Positions 21,524 through 31,951 of a DNA stretch of 64,000 nt are shown one piece after another (positions within the stretch are counted from its first letter, which is position 1; each line of letters opens with the position of its first letter). Position numbers and translations under genes: made by a program. Source of the DNA: Escherichia coli. GTDB taxonomy: Bacteria > Pseudomonadota > Gammaproteobacteria > Enterobacterales > Enterobacteriaceae. The notes under the pieces are model-generated. The model was not told where the DNA came from and did not search any database. It saw only the letters and a program-made list of their open reading frames with translations. The stretch lies in assembly GCF_003334335.1 (NCBI RefSeq), contig NZ_QOWQ01000015.1. One strand, 5' to 3'.

Positions 21524-22789
21524 ATGCTCACGAAAAAGAAATGGGCGTTATTTAGTCTATTAACACTGTGTGGCGGTACAATTTATAAATTACCGTCGCT
21601 GAAAGATGCGTTTTATATCCCGATGCAGGAATATTTCCATTTGACCAATGGTCAAATTGGTAATGCTATGTCGGTAAACTCATTTGTCACCACAGTGGGC
21701 TTTTTTCTGTCTATTTATTTTGCCGATAAACTACCGCGCAGATACACCATGTCATTCTCACTCATTGCGACAGGATTACTGGGTGTTTATTTGACGACAA
21801 TGCCGGGGTATTGGGGCATCCTCTTTGTCTGGGCGCTATTTGGCGTTACTTGCGACATGATGAACTGGCCGGTCTTGCTCAAGTCGGTAAGTCGATTGGG
21901 CAATAGCGAACAACAAGGTCGGTTGTTTGGCTTCTTCGAAACAGGGCGTGGCATTGTCGATACCGTGGTGGCATTTTCTGCGTTGGCAGTATTTACCTGG
22001 TTTGGCAGTGGCTTATTAGGTTTTAAAGCAGGCATCTGGTTCTATTCCCTTATTGTGATTGCCGTAGGCATTATTATTTTCTTTGTCCTGAATGACAAAG
22101 AAGAGGCACCGTCCGTTGAGGTGAAAAAAGAAGACGGAGCATCGAAAAACACCAGTATGACCTCGGTGCTGAAAGACAAAACTATCTGGCTTATCGCTTT
22201 TAACGTCTTCTTCGTTTACGCGGTTTACTGTGGCCTGACATTCTTCATTCCATTCCTGAAAAACATCTATCTATTGCCCGTTGCGCTGGTGGGGGCTTAC
22301 GGCATCATTAACCAATACTGTCTGAAAATGATTGGTGGACCGATTGGTGGCATGATTTCAGATAAGATCCTGAAATCGCCAAGTAAATATCTATGCTACA
22401 CCTTTATCATTAGTACCGCTGCGCTCGTACTGTTGATTATGCTGCCGCACGAAAGTATGCCGGTCTATTTAGGGATGGCATGTACGCTGGGCTTTGGCGC
22501 GATAGTCTTTACACAGCGAGCCGTATTTTTTGCACCTATCGGCGAAGCAAAAATTGCTGAAAATAAAACAGGTGCGGCGATGGCGTTGGGTAGCTTTATT
22601 GGTTACGCTCCGGCGATGTTCTGCTTCAGTCTGTATGGCTACATTCTGGATTTAAATCCGGGGATTATTGGCTACAAAATCGTGTTTGGCATTATGGCCT
22701 GCTTCGCATTCAGTGGTGCGGTGGTTTCCGTAATGCTGGTTAAGCGTATTAGCCAACGTAAGAAAGAGATGCTGGCGGCTGAAGCTTAA
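21524..22789 (+). CDS. yihN: Putative MFS transporter YihN
   Basis: 421-aa ORF, highly hydrophobic with multiple predicted TM segments; recognised by recall. Confidence 0.88.
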   Translation: MLTKKKWALFSLLTLCGGTIYKLPSLKDAFYIPMQEYFHLTNGQIGNAMSVNSFVTTVGFFLSIYFADKLPRRYTMSFSLIATGLLGVYLTTMPGYWGILFVWALFGVTCDMMNWPVLLKSVSRLGNSEQQGRLFGFFETGRGIVDTVVAFSALAVFTWFGSGLLGFKAGIWFYSLIVIAVGIIIFFVLNDKEEAPSVEVKKEDGASKNTSMTSVLKDKTIWLIAFNVFFVYAVYCGLTFFIPFLKNIYLLPVALVGAYGIINQYCLKMIGGPIGGMISDKILKSPSKYLCYTFIISTAALVLLIMLPHESMPVYLGMACTLGFGAIVFTQRAVFFAPIGEAKIAENKTGAAMALGSFIGYAPAMFCFSLYGYILDLNPGIIGYKIVFGIMACFAFSGAVVSVMLVKRISQRKKEMLAAEA

Positions 22790-22794
22790 TTAAT

Positions 22795-22872
<78 letters not shown>

Positions 22873-22879
22873 TTTCACA

Positions 22880-23572
22880 TCAGAAGAAATACTTCGTCCC
22901 GATACGGATCTGGTTTTGCTCGCGGTGGTACGGTTCGACGTTGCGGTCTAACCAGCGCAATTCGAAATAAGGGAGCCAGTGTTCATTAATACGGTAACGG
23001 AAGGTGTTAGTGATTTCCCAATGATGATCTTTCCCGTTGCTACTATTAAAGTCATTCACTCGCATGAAGTAATGTGGCTCAAATGTATAGGAAAATTTAT
23101 CGGTGATTTTAAAATTCCAGTAGGTGCCAATTTCATAGGTGTCATTATTATCCAGTTCCCCGCTCAAATCTGTTGAACTATAGTTATTATGGTTATAGCG
23201 ATTTCGTACTGTCAGATTAAACCATGGTACAAATTTATAGTTGACGTCCAGATACACTGCACCACCCGAACCGATACTCTTATCATTAATTAAGCCACCG
23301 GGCTGGATGGTTAATTTATCGGTTGGTTTAAATAACGGATACCAGCCTTCAATTTCGTTATATCCATGTTTTAGTTCATCTTCTCGCTGAAAGTTGTAGG
23401 TATTGGTTAACATAATACCCGCGCCCATATCGAAGTTATAACCCACACGTAGCATAACCTCGCCCTGATCGGAGGCAAGATTATATGCCTCCCTGTTTTC
23501 GACGTATGCGCCAGCAAATACCGAGGCAGAGGTCAGAGAAGATAATAAAATTATTGCATTAATCTTTTTCAT
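22880..23572 (-). CDS. ompL: Outer membrane porin OmpL
   Basis: Start placed at ATG 23572 (MKKINAIILLSSLTSASVFA signal peptide, 230 aa); C-terminal aromatic residues (...GTKYFF) typical of beta-barrel OMPs. Confidence 0.9.
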   Translation of the reverse strand: MKKINAIILLSSLTSASVFAGAYVENREAYNLASDQGEVMLRVGYNFDMGAGIMLTNTYNFQREDELKHGYNEIEGWYPLFKPTDKLTIQPGGLINDKSIGSGGAVYLDVNYKFVPWFNLTVRNRYNHNNYSSTDLSGELDNNDTYEIGTYWNFKITDKFSYTFEPHYFMRVNDFNSSNGKDHHWEITNTFRYRINEHWLPYFELRWLDRNVEPYHREQNQIRIGTKYFF

Positions 23573-23639
23573 AATAAGTCCATTTTTTAAACGTAGGGAG
23601 GCCGCCACCCACCAGGATGGAAATAGCGGCTATTGACAT

Positions 23640-25043
23640 TTATAACGTTACGGAAGCCGTTTTTTCTTCTGTCGCCATCTCTTTATTTTTGCGTTGGTTG
23701 ATTTCCTCAATAATCAATGCAAACCGTTTTTCATTGAGTGTGTAAAAGAATCCCATCGTCAATGCAGCAATAATTGCCAGTGCACAAGGCCAGATAAAAA
23801 TGAGCTGACGCAAACCCTGTAATGTCGCATCGCTTTGCGCGATGTTGGGAACATAACCAATTTGCGTCAGCATAATGCCTGGCAAGAAGCCAGCAAGTGC
23901 GGCAGAAATTTTACGAAAGAAGGTATAACCGGTATAAACAGAACCTTCGGCACGAATACCGGTTTTCCATTCACCGTAATCTACGGTATCTGGTACCAGT
24001 GCCCAGTTCAGGCTGTTTACAAAGGCCGTGCCAAAAAAGGCGACACAAGAGAACATGACGAAAGTGAAAGAGTTACTTCCCCAGAAATAATTCAGTATAT
24101 CACCCACCGCCCACAGCACCATGCCAGCCAGATAAACCTGTTTTTTACCAAAACATTTTACAGTTAATGGCACCAGTAATACGCCGATGAGGATGCATCC
24201 CATACTGAAGAATCCCATCCACGACAATAAATTAATATCATTCAGCACATACTGGGTGTAATAGACCTGAATCGCCAGTTTGATATTAAATGCCGCCAGG
24301 GTACACAAGTTAGCAATGCATAAAACCAGCAATGGCGGATTCCGAAATATCGCGCAAAATGATTTGAGAATACTGGCTTTATGTCCGGTTGGCGTTGTGT
24401 CCACATAATGCTCTTTGACGCCTCTGTAGCACAGCATCATAAAAATAAAGCCGCCAATGGAGAACATAAGTGCCGCACAGGCATAACCGACGGTTGAGTC
24501 AGAAAAAAGCGACTGCAACGGAATAAACGCCACGGTACAAATCAATAGCCCTATGGTTGCACCACCCTGGCGGTAAGCCGCGAGCTGCGCGCGCTCATTC
24601 GGGTTTTTGGTAATTGCCGGGATCATCGCACCATACGAGCAGTTCATCAGACTGTATGAAAGTCCAAACATCATAAACAGCGCGGTGGCAATCGTCGTTT
24701 TAACCGGCAAACAAAAGGTGGTGGCGATAAACTGGAGCGTTGCAATTAACGCCGCCGGAACCGCTGCATATAAAATAAAGGGACGAAATTTGCCTTTAGG
24801 CCCAATATTTTTCCGCGAGTCGAGTAAAAATCCGGTGAGCATATCGGTAAACGCGGTAAAAAACTTCGCCACCAGAAAGATAATCCCGCCATAGTAAGCA
24901 GGCATCCCTAATTCATCGGTATAAAATTTGAGGAGATACAGAGTACCGATGCAGAGCATTAAATTCGAACCGACGTCGCCCATACCATAGGCGATTTTTT
25001 CCCGCAGATTCAGTTTTAATGTCAGTGGATTATGGTCAGACAT
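23640..25043 (-). CDS. yihO: GPH-family sulfoquinovose/glycoside:cation symporter YihO
   Basis: Start placed at ATG 25043 (MSDHNPL..., 467 aa) with AAGGAG Shine-Dalgarno; polytopic membrane protein; strong paralogy to adjacent yihP. Confidence 0.9.
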   Translation of the reverse strand: MSDHNPLTLKLNLREKIAYGMGDVGSNLMLCIGTLYLLKFYTDELGMPAYYGGIIFLVAKFFTAFTDMLTGFLLDSRKNIGPKGKFRPFILYAAVPAALIATLQFIATTFCLPVKTTIATALFMMFGLSYSLMNCSYGAMIPAITKNPNERAQLAAYRQGGATIGLLICTVAFIPLQSLFSDSTVGYACAALMFSIGGFIFMMLCYRGVKEHYVDTTPTGHKASILKSFCAIFRNPPLLVLCIANLCTLAAFNIKLAIQVYYTQYVLNDINLLSWMGFFSMGCILIGVLLVPLTVKCFGKKQVYLAGMVLWAVGDILNYFWGSNSFTFVMFSCVAFFGTAFVNSLNWALVPDTVDYGEWKTGIRAEGSVYTGYTFFRKISAALAGFLPGIMLTQIGYVPNIAQSDATLQGLRQLIFIWPCALAIIAALTMGFFYTLNEKRFALIIEEINQRKNKEMATEEKTASVTL

Positions 25044-25085
25044 AATCACTCCTTATAACGCCCCGCAGGGCGTCGTTTATTATTA

Positions 25086-26471
25086 TTACGCCGTGCGTTT
25101 ACGGGCTTCTATCTCTTCCACAATGCGGACATACATCTTCTCGTTCAGGCTGTAGAAGCAACCCATCGCCACAATGGTGACTACCGCCAGTGCGCTTGGG
25201 TAGATGAAGATCAACTGGCGTAACCCTTCAATGGTGTGGTCAGCCTGTGCGACGTTCGGCACATAGCCAATTTGTGTCAGCATCCAGCCGGGGAAGAAAC
25301 CAGCCAGCGCCTGAGACACTTTGCGAAAGAAGGTAAAACCGGTGTAGACCGTTCCTTCCGAACGCACGCCGGTGCGCCACTCGCCGTACTCGACGGTGTC
25401 GGAAACCAGCGCCCAGTTCAGGCTGTTAACAAACGCTGAGCCAAAGAACGCCAGGCAGGAGAACGCCACGAAGCTGACCGAACCGCCGCCGAAGAAATAG
25501 TTGAGCAGATCGCCCAGCACCCAAATCAGCAGGCCGCCGATATAAACTTTCTTCTTGCCAAAACGTCTGACTGAGGCAGGCATCAGGAATACGCCGATGA
25601 AAATACAGCCCATGCTGAAAAATCCCATATACGACAACAGGATGGGATCGTTAAGCACGTACTGGGTGTAATAGACCTGGATGGCGAGCTTGACGTTAAA
25701 CGCCCCTAAAGTGCAGAGGTTGGCAATGCACAGAATGAACAGCGGGCGGTTACCCGCAATTGCGCGGAAAGATTGCAGCAGGCCCGGCTTTTGCGCCGGA
25801 TTAGCAGGCTGGGTTTCGACATAACGCTCTTTCACGCCCGAGTAGCAGATCCACATAAACAGCAGGCCAAACAGTGAAAACAGCGTGGCGGCGAAGATAT
25901 AGCCAAGTTGCTGATTACCTTCGATAAGATTCATAACTGGCACGAATCCCACCGTGCACAGCAGCAGGCCCAGCGTAGCGCCGCCCTGACGCCATGCCGC
26001 CAGTGAGGCGCGTTCGTTGGGGTTTTTGGTGATAGCGGGAACCATTGCGCCGTAGGAGCAGTTCATCATGCTGAAAAACAGTCCGTAAAGCATAAACAGA
26101 ATAGTGGCCATCACCGTTTTACCGGTGACATCAAACGGTGTGCCGACAAAGTTGGCGATCGCCAGTAAGGTGACCGGGAATGACGCATACAGAATAAAAG
26201 GACGGAACTTACCTTTTGGACCGATCTTGCGTCGGGAATCCAACATAATGCCGGTACCCATATCGGTAAACGCAGTAAAGAATTTTGAAATCAAAAAGAT
26301 AATGCCGCCATAGGTGCCTGGCAGCCCCAGAACGTCGGTATAAAACTTCAAAAGATAAAGCGTACCGATATCCAGCAGGATGTTAGAGGCCAGGTCGCCA
26401 ATACCGTAAGAGAGTTTCTCTTTAAAGGGCAGGCGTAAAGTTGCTGGATCTTCCGTTGTGATGTGACTCAT
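25086..26471 (-). CDS. yihP: GPH-family transporter YihP (putative sulfonate/glycoside transporter)
   Basis: Start placed at ATG 26471 (MSHITTEDP..., 461 aa), preceded by AGGGAG Shine-Dalgarno; alternative upstream starts at 26492 (ATG, 468 aa) and 26504 (GTG); paralog of yihO. Confidence 0.85.
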   Translation of the reverse strand: MSHITTEDPATLRLPFKEKLSYGIGDLASNILLDIGTLYLLKFYTDVLGLPGTYGGIIFLISKFFTAFTDMGTGIMLDSRRKIGPKGKFRPFILYASFPVTLLAIANFVGTPFDVTGKTVMATILFMLYGLFFSMMNCSYGAMVPAITKNPNERASLAAWRQGGATLGLLLCTVGFVPVMNLIEGNQQLGYIFAATLFSLFGLLFMWICYSGVKERYVETQPANPAQKPGLLQSFRAIAGNRPLFILCIANLCTLGAFNVKLAIQVYYTQYVLNDPILLSYMGFFSMGCIFIGVFLMPASVRRFGKKKVYIGGLLIWVLGDLLNYFFGGGSVSFVAFSCLAFFGSAFVNSLNWALVSDTVEYGEWRTGVRSEGTVYTGFTFFRKVSQALAGFFPGWMLTQIGYVPNVAQADHTIEGLRQLIFIYPSALAVVTIVAMGCFYSLNEKMYVRIVEEIEARKRTA

Positions 26472-26516
26472 CGATGTTCTCCCTTTGCCCATGAGTTTCC
26501 CCACGGGCGGATGTGA

Positions 26517-28553
26517 TTAGATGCTTTTTAACGACGCGAACAGTGCCGCCCATTCGCTATCGGCGCGATAAAAGACCGGCGGCTTGCCGATGGGCGCATT
26601 AACGGTAACTTCCCCGCCCCGGAACGCTTCACCCGTCCAGGCGTGGACCCAGTTATCCTCCGGCAGATAGAGCGTCCAGTCGCTACGGCCTTCTTCATGC
26701 ACCGGAGCGACCAGAATGTCGCGACCTAACAGGTACTGATATTTCAGGGTGTAAGTGTGCGCATCGTCTTCGTAATGCAGGAACAGCGGGCGCATAACCG
26801 GCAGGCCGGACTTCGCATTCAGCGCGACGGCCTCTTTCAGGTAAGGTTTCAGGGTGGTGAAGACGGTGGTCATACGGGCGAAATGGGCGATGGTTTCTGC
26901 GTCGCCGTCAAACTGCCAGTTGTCGCCAGGACGGTTACCTTCGTGGGTGCGCATCATCGGCGTGAAGGCGCTGAAATCGCACCAGCGCAGCAGCAGCTCT
27001 TTGCTGCGCTTCATCTCAAACAGGGTGGTGTAACCGCCAATGTCGCTGTGGTGCAGGCCATGTCCGGTCATTGCCAGCGACAGCGCCGCCGGGACAACCG
27101 ACGCCAGGCCATCGTCGAGACTCCAGTCGACGTTCTGGTCGCCCGCCCACATCATGGTGGAGTATTTCTGGCTACCGGTAGAACCGGCGCGCATAAAGAA
27201 AAGGATCTCGCCGAGCTTGCCCGTTTCTTCAAGGGCTTCGTAGTTACACTTCGCCCACAGCGCAGGCCAGGCGTTATGCATAATTTCGGCACTGACGCCG
27301 TTATGCAGGTACGTGTCGGTGGGCAGATACTCGCCGAAGTCAGCCATCCAGCCGCCGCAGCCGAGTTCAATCATGTTCTTTTTGATCACTTCCTTGAACC
27401 AGGCGTAGGCTTCTGGATTAGTGAGATCGACAACGCCGCCGTAAAACTCGCCAAACTCCACCAGATAGTCACCGCCAGAGGCATCTTTTGCCAGATAGCC
27501 GTGTTGTGCCGCTTCTTCGCAGAGATCTTTATCGCTGGCAACATACGGGTTGATATAGGCCAGGAACTGCACGCCCTCCTGATTCCACTGCTTAATGCGT
27601 GAATCCAGTTGCGGGTAGTTTTCGCTGTTCCACTTCCAGTTCCACATCACGCGTTTGCCAAAAGAGGTCATACGAATACCGGACCAGTCCTGCGCCCAGA
27701 TGCCGTTGACCTTCACGCCCGCGTTACGCATGGTGTCCAGTTTCTTCTGGCACACTTCCGTCCCGCCCTGAATGCCGAGCGTTACTCCGTCATAAATCCA
27801 GTCGGGCAGTTCTGGCTGGCGTCCCAGCAGGGCGGTTAATTTTTCCAGCAGGGAAATGTATGTGTCAGCACATTCAAAACGCAGCGTTGCTTTGTCTTCC
27901 CACAGCGCCAGTTCATGGTATTCCGGGGCACTAAAGTCGAAGTTCATATAGCAACTGTTATCAACATGGCAGTAATACTTCTGCGTGCTGACAAACGTAG
28001 GCTGTGGGAAGAAAGTCCAGTAATAGTCGCCGCCCGCATTTTCTTTGCAGTCGGCCTGCCAGGTGACATAGGTTTGTTTGTTGCGACCAACGCCTTGTTC
28101 ACTGGTCCATAGCGGGAACGGTTTGCCACGCAGATCGAAGTAGGAAAACTGTTCGCCGCAGCCGTAGATATGGTCCTCTGGTTGAGCGGCAAGGCGCAGC
28201 CAGATACGGTTGTGGTTAAGGTTGTCGTTTTGTAGTTCCAGCAATAAACGCCCCTGATCGTCGGCAGAGATATTCAGCGTGGCGCTAATGTCAGAACCAC
28301 GGCTGAAATGAATTAACCAACCATCCGGTGACTGGCTGACGATGGCGTCGGTAAGCGCAATTTTCTCCTGTAGTTTATCTTTAATGCTGAAATTACCGCG
28401 GAACATATCGATATCCGCTATACCTGAGCCAATCCATAAACAAGGATTATCTTTGCTATGGGTTAAAATAAGACGTTGTTGAAAATGTAGGGTAAAACTG
28501 TCGTTATTCTGATGAAATTGAAAATCTAATAACTGTGGACGTGGCGTATCCAT
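26517..28553 (-). CDS. yihQ: Sulfoquinovosidase (glycoside hydrolase family 31) YihQ
   Basis: 678-aa ORF; GH31 catalytic-region sequence (WQDWSG... GGWMADFGE); recognised by recall. Confidence 0.93.
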   Translation of the reverse strand: MDTPRPQLLDFQFHQNNDSFTLHFQQRLILTHSKDNPCLWIGSGIADIDMFRGNFSIKDKLQEKIALTDAIVSQSPDGWLIHFSRGSDISATLNISADDQGRLLLELQNDNLNHNRIWLRLAAQPEDHIYGCGEQFSYFDLRGKPFPLWTSEQGVGRNKQTYVTWQADCKENAGGDYYWTFFPQPTFVSTQKYYCHVDNSCYMNFDFSAPEYHELALWEDKATLRFECADTYISLLEKLTALLGRQPELPDWIYDGVTLGIQGGTEVCQKKLDTMRNAGVKVNGIWAQDWSGIRMTSFGKRVMWNWKWNSENYPQLDSRIKQWNQEGVQFLAYINPYVASDKDLCEEAAQHGYLAKDASGGDYLVEFGEFYGGVVDLTNPEAYAWFKEVIKKNMIELGCGGWMADFGEYLPTDTYLHNGVSAEIMHNAWPALWAKCNYEALEETGKLGEILFFMRAGSTGSQKYSTMMWAGDQNVDWSLDDGLASVVPAALSLAMTGHGLHHSDIGGYTTLFEMKRSKELLLRWCDFSAFTPMMRTHEGNRPGDNWQFDGDAETIAHFARMTTVFTTLKPYLKEAVALNAKSGLPVMRPLFLHYEDDAHTYTLKYQYLLGRDILVAPVHEEGRSDWTLYLPEDNWVHAWTGEAFRGGEVTVNAPIGKPPVFYRADSEWAALFASLKSI

Positions 28554-28751
28554 AACTAATCTCCATAGAGTTGAGAACGAGATTGTTGCCTTCCTGTTAT
28601 TACAGGCTTATGTAAAATGATTCTCATAAAACTGATATATAAAAACTTTACAGAAGCTGAGCTGTTTTTAACTTAATAAATTGAAGATACATAATGTTGC
28701 CTTTAGCGAGTGAAATGTTCTTCAATGATTTTGACTGCTAATCAATACAAG

Positions 28752-29678
28752 TTATTTTCTCTGTCCGTAAATATTAAAAAACAGGCGGTGCGGTTTTCCT
28801 GATTCCAGTAATAATAAGTCGATACCTGAATTAAAGGCGTTAGGCGGGCAACTCATAGGTTCAACTGCCAGTCCCTGACGCTGTAATTTTTCACCGCTAT
28901 AAACCTGCACCCAGAGTTGATCGGAACAAAGGCTTACCGAAAGCGCCTGCTGTGGATGGGTAATGGTCATTTCCCACAAATCATTAGCGGTTTTAAAGGT
29001 GTGGTCGATTTTTGTCGCGGCTATTTTTTTCGCCTGCGTGAAATTTAAATCCAGCTCATCAACGTGGTGAAGCGTTGTCGGATTCGCGTGCTCATCGACG
29101 GCATAAACCTGGTTTGCCGGAAGCTGGAACAGATATTCATCAACAGATGTTAAGTTGCAGGTTAAATAAGGATGAATACCCACGCCATAAGGCGCTGCGA
29201 CAGTGCCGATATTCTGGCTTGCGATCTCAACGGAAAGACCCGTGTGTGCGTTGAGCGAATAAACAACTTGTGAAGCCAGCATAAACGGATAGCCGTAACT
29301 GGGCGGCAGAAAAGCTGTCAGGGTAACGCTGGTGGCGGTTAATTCACTAATTTGCCAGTCTCGCCAGGCAAGCAGCCCGTGAATAGCGGCTTTTGAACTA
29401 TGTTCATTAATGGGTAACTGATATTCCTGCCCCTGATAGCGGTAACAGCCGTTGGCGATCCGGTTCGGCCACGGAATAAGCACTTTACCCAGATGCGCCA
29501 GCGGCATCTCTTCGGGTTTGTGCGGGATGACTAAATGACAACCCTGAAAGGTTAATTCAGCCAGACCAGCACCGACGGTCACAATGGTCGCGTGATAATC
29601 CCCCGCGGCAAGTGAAACGGTCTGTCCACTGCAATGCATATTGGTGATTTGCATACAAGGCACCTTAATTAACGACAT
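28752..29678 (-). CDS. yihR: Aldose-1-epimerase family protein YihR (sulfoquinovose mutarotase)
   Basis: 308-aa ORF; recognised by recall. Confidence 0.9.
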   Translation of the reverse strand: MSLIKVPCMQITNMHCSGQTVSLAAGDYHATIVTVGAGLAELTFQGCHLVIPHKPEEMPLAHLGKVLIPWPNRIANGCYRYQGQEYQLPINEHSSKAAIHGLLAWRDWQISELTATSVTLTAFLPPSYGYPFMLASQVVYSLNAHTGLSVEIASQNIGTVAAPYGVGIHPYLTCNLTSVDEYLFQLPANQVYAVDEHANPTTLHHVDELDLNFTQAKKIAATKIDHTFKTANDLWEMTITHPQQALSVSLCSDQLWVQVYSGEKLQRQGLAVEPMSCPPNAFNSGIDLLLLESGKPHRLFFNIYGQRK

Positions 29679-29713
29679 ACAGCCTCCCGTGAGGCTGATG
29701 TCAAACCCAAAAA

Positions 29714-29780
29714 CTGCACCGGACGGTCCCCTCGCCCCTTTGGGGAGAGGGTTAGGGAGAGGGGAAAACCCGCACCCTAT
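29714..29780. repeat. GC-rich intergenic repeat (Box C-like)
   Basis: Sequence cccctcgcccctttggggagagggttagggagaggggaaaacccgcaccc with internal inverted symmetry resembles Box C family repeats from recall; family assignment uncertain. Confidence 0.45.
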
Positions 29781-29791
29781 TTTCAGATCAG

Positions 29792-31033
29792 TTATTTCGC
29801 ATTAATATCCAGCAGACCCGCTGCAACCGCTGGAGCCATGCCGGGCGCTAACGGGATACGCGGGATCACCAGGCAATGCAGCAGGTGATAAATATCCTGT
29901 TTGCCGTCCCAGACTTTGGTGGTGACCTTATTGTCCGCATCCAGCTCCTGCCACCAGGAACCATTTTCATAGTCCATCAGGTACTTAATGCAGTACTCCC
30001 ACCATGTTTGATACCAGGTTTCATACTGGCGATCGCCAGTGACGGTGTAGAGCGCGTAGGCCGTACCCATTGCTTCGACGATAGGCCAACGTACACGTTC
30101 GCGGACCACCGGTTTTCCTTCCCAGTCAACGGTATAAACAATCCCGTCCGCGCCATCGGGTGCCCAGGCATCGCGCACGGTGGCGTTAAACAGACCTTTG
30201 GCATCTTCTAGCAGCCATGCTGGTGGTTGTTCGCAACGGGCTTCCAGGGCAGCATGGATGTGCAGCATTAAACGGCCCCATTCGATCCAGTGGCCTGGTG
30301 TACCTCCGAACGCGCGGAAGCGATGCGCCGGGTTATCTTTGTTGTAATCCGGCAGCGGATTCCACTGGGTATCGAAGTGTTCGTTAACGCGATAATGATT
30401 ATTTCTGGCGACGTCGTGGATAATCACGGAAGCCACGCGAATCGCGCGATCCAGCCATTTTTTGTCGTGAGTGACGTCATAAACAATCAAGAAAGCTTCC
30501 ACCGCGTGCATATTGGCATTGCCGCCGCGGTACTCTTCGGTTTTGCTGAAGGCTTCGTCCCAGGATTCCAGGCACATCTGCTCTTCTTCGCTCCAGAAAT
30601 ATTTCTCGATAATTTCAATGGTGTAATCGAGCAGCTTGCGCGCTTCCGGGTGACCCGTTGTGACGGCGCTGGCGGCACCCAGCAGAGCAAAGAAGTGTTG
30701 ATAGCCCTGTTTGGAGGCATCCACCACGCCCTCGTCATTCACGCAGGCATACCAGCCGCCATATTTTTTATCACGCAGTGCGCCGTTCATGGCTTTGATA
30801 CCGTGATCAACCAACGAGTAAGCGCCAGGTCGACCCATCGCCGCAGCAACGGAATAAACGTGCAACATACGAGCGGTGATCCACAGATGGGTGCCCATCT
30901 CTTCTTTGATTTGCCCTTTATTGCCTAACCAGCCAAAACCAGTCGGCACTACGGAATTTTTACCAAAATCAAAGATGCGGTCGGTTTCCTGTTCCAGCCA
31001 ACGGTTGTGGCTTAGGGTGTTAAACCATTTCAT
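29792..31033 (-). CDS. yihS: Sulfoquinovose isomerase YihS (N-acylglucosamine 2-epimerase superfamily)
   Basis: Start placed at ATG 31033 ([15 protein letters not shown]..., 413 aa) rather than ORF-track 31048; recognised by recall. Confidence 0.9.
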   Translation of the reverse strand: MKWFNTLSHNRWLEQETDRIFDFGKNSVVPTGFGWLGNKGQIKEEMGTHLWITARMLHVYSVAAAMGRPGAYSLVDHGIKAMNGALRDKKYGGWYACVNDEGVVDASKQGYQHFFALLGAASAVTTGHPEARKLLDYTIEIIEKYFWSEEEQMCLESWDEAFSKTEEYRGGNANMHAVEAFLIVYDVTHDKKWLDRAIRVASVIIHDVARNNHYRVNEHFDTQWNPLPDYNKDNPAHRFRAFGGTPGHWIEWGRLMLHIHAALEARCEQPPAWLLEDAKGLFNATVRDAWAPDGADGIVYTVDWEGKPVVRERVRWPIVEAMGTAYALYTVTGDRQYETWYQTWWEYCIKYLMDYENGSWWQELDADNKVTTKVWDGKQDIYHLLHCLVIPRIPLAPGMAPAVAAGLLDINAK

Positions 31034-31049
31034 TCCTTTTATCCTCATC

Positions 31050-31928
31050 TTAGCGGCGTTTAGCCATCATTTCGTCGACGATATCGCCAAGTTGTTGTAA
31101 TTTCGGTGCGCAAACGTCACGCAGCATCAGCTCGTTGTCTGGTAAACCGACGACCGATGCCCAGACTGCACGGCCTGCCAGGAATCCCGATGCGCCCGCC
31201 GTCATTGCCACGCGTACGGCACGCGGGAACAGTTTTTCGTCGACACCGGAAGAGAGGATCACCCATGGCATATTGATATGGTCATTCAGACGTTGTGAAG
31301 CACAGAGAAGCTCTTGTTGCGGACCTTTGCCATAAAGCGGCATTTCAACTTTGTAGAGGTCAGCGCCACTGTCGCCCAGCTCTTTGGCGGCATCGATGAT
31401 CGCTTGTTCGCGATCGAATTTATCGCCACGACGCGGTGGGCGGACGACTGGCTCAATGATGCTTACCAGACCGTGTGAGTGGCACAGTTCGTTGAACTCT
31501 TTCACCATATCCAGACGTTGCTGCGCATCTTCATCACTACGCCACAGCACCAGCAGTTTTAAGGCTTTGCCACCGTCTTGTTTGATCTGTAGCGGATTGA
31601 TTTTGCGGTCAATAACCACGCTATCGACCGGAATACCGTTGCCAGGAATGAACTCATCGGCGGCGACAATCATGGCGCAACTTTTGGCAATCGCGTTTTG
31701 CTCAACCACCTGGCGGTAGCAGAATTGTTGATCTACCAGAATCGCCGAGGCATAAGGCGAGAGGGCCTTTGCAGCGTTAACTTTGAAATCAGTTAAAACG
31801 CTATCGGCTACCGGAGCGGGTGCCCCAGCCGCGGCAAACATCATGCGCATGGCTTCGCGCTGATCGACCGCCAGCATGGCAAAACCGCCCGATGCGCGCG
31901 TAATGTCGTTGATGGTGTACTTATTCAT
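31050..31928 (-). CDS. yihT: 6-deoxy-6-sulfofructose-1-phosphate aldolase YihT
   Basis: 292-aa ORF; class I aldolase-like; recognised by recall. Confidence 0.92.
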   Translation of the reverse strand: MNKYTINDITRASGGFAMLAVDQREAMRMMFAAAGAPAPVADSVLTDFKVNAAKALSPYASAILVDQQFCYRQVVEQNAIAKSCAMIVAADEFIPGNGIPVDSVVIDRKINPLQIKQDGGKALKLLVLWRSDEDAQQRLDMVKEFNELCHSHGLVSIIEPVVRPPRRGDKFDREQAIIDAAKELGDSGADLYKVEMPLYGKGPQQELLCASQRLNDHINMPWVILSSGVDEKLFPRAVRVAMTAGASGFLAGRAVWASVVGLPDNELMLRDVCAPKLQQLGDIVDEMMAKRR

Positions 31929-31951
31929 TCATTTATTCCTTTATCCAGTCG

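Noticed and set aside
26757-27602. 281-aa + strand ORF
   Set aside because: Antisense to yihQ; shadow ORF.
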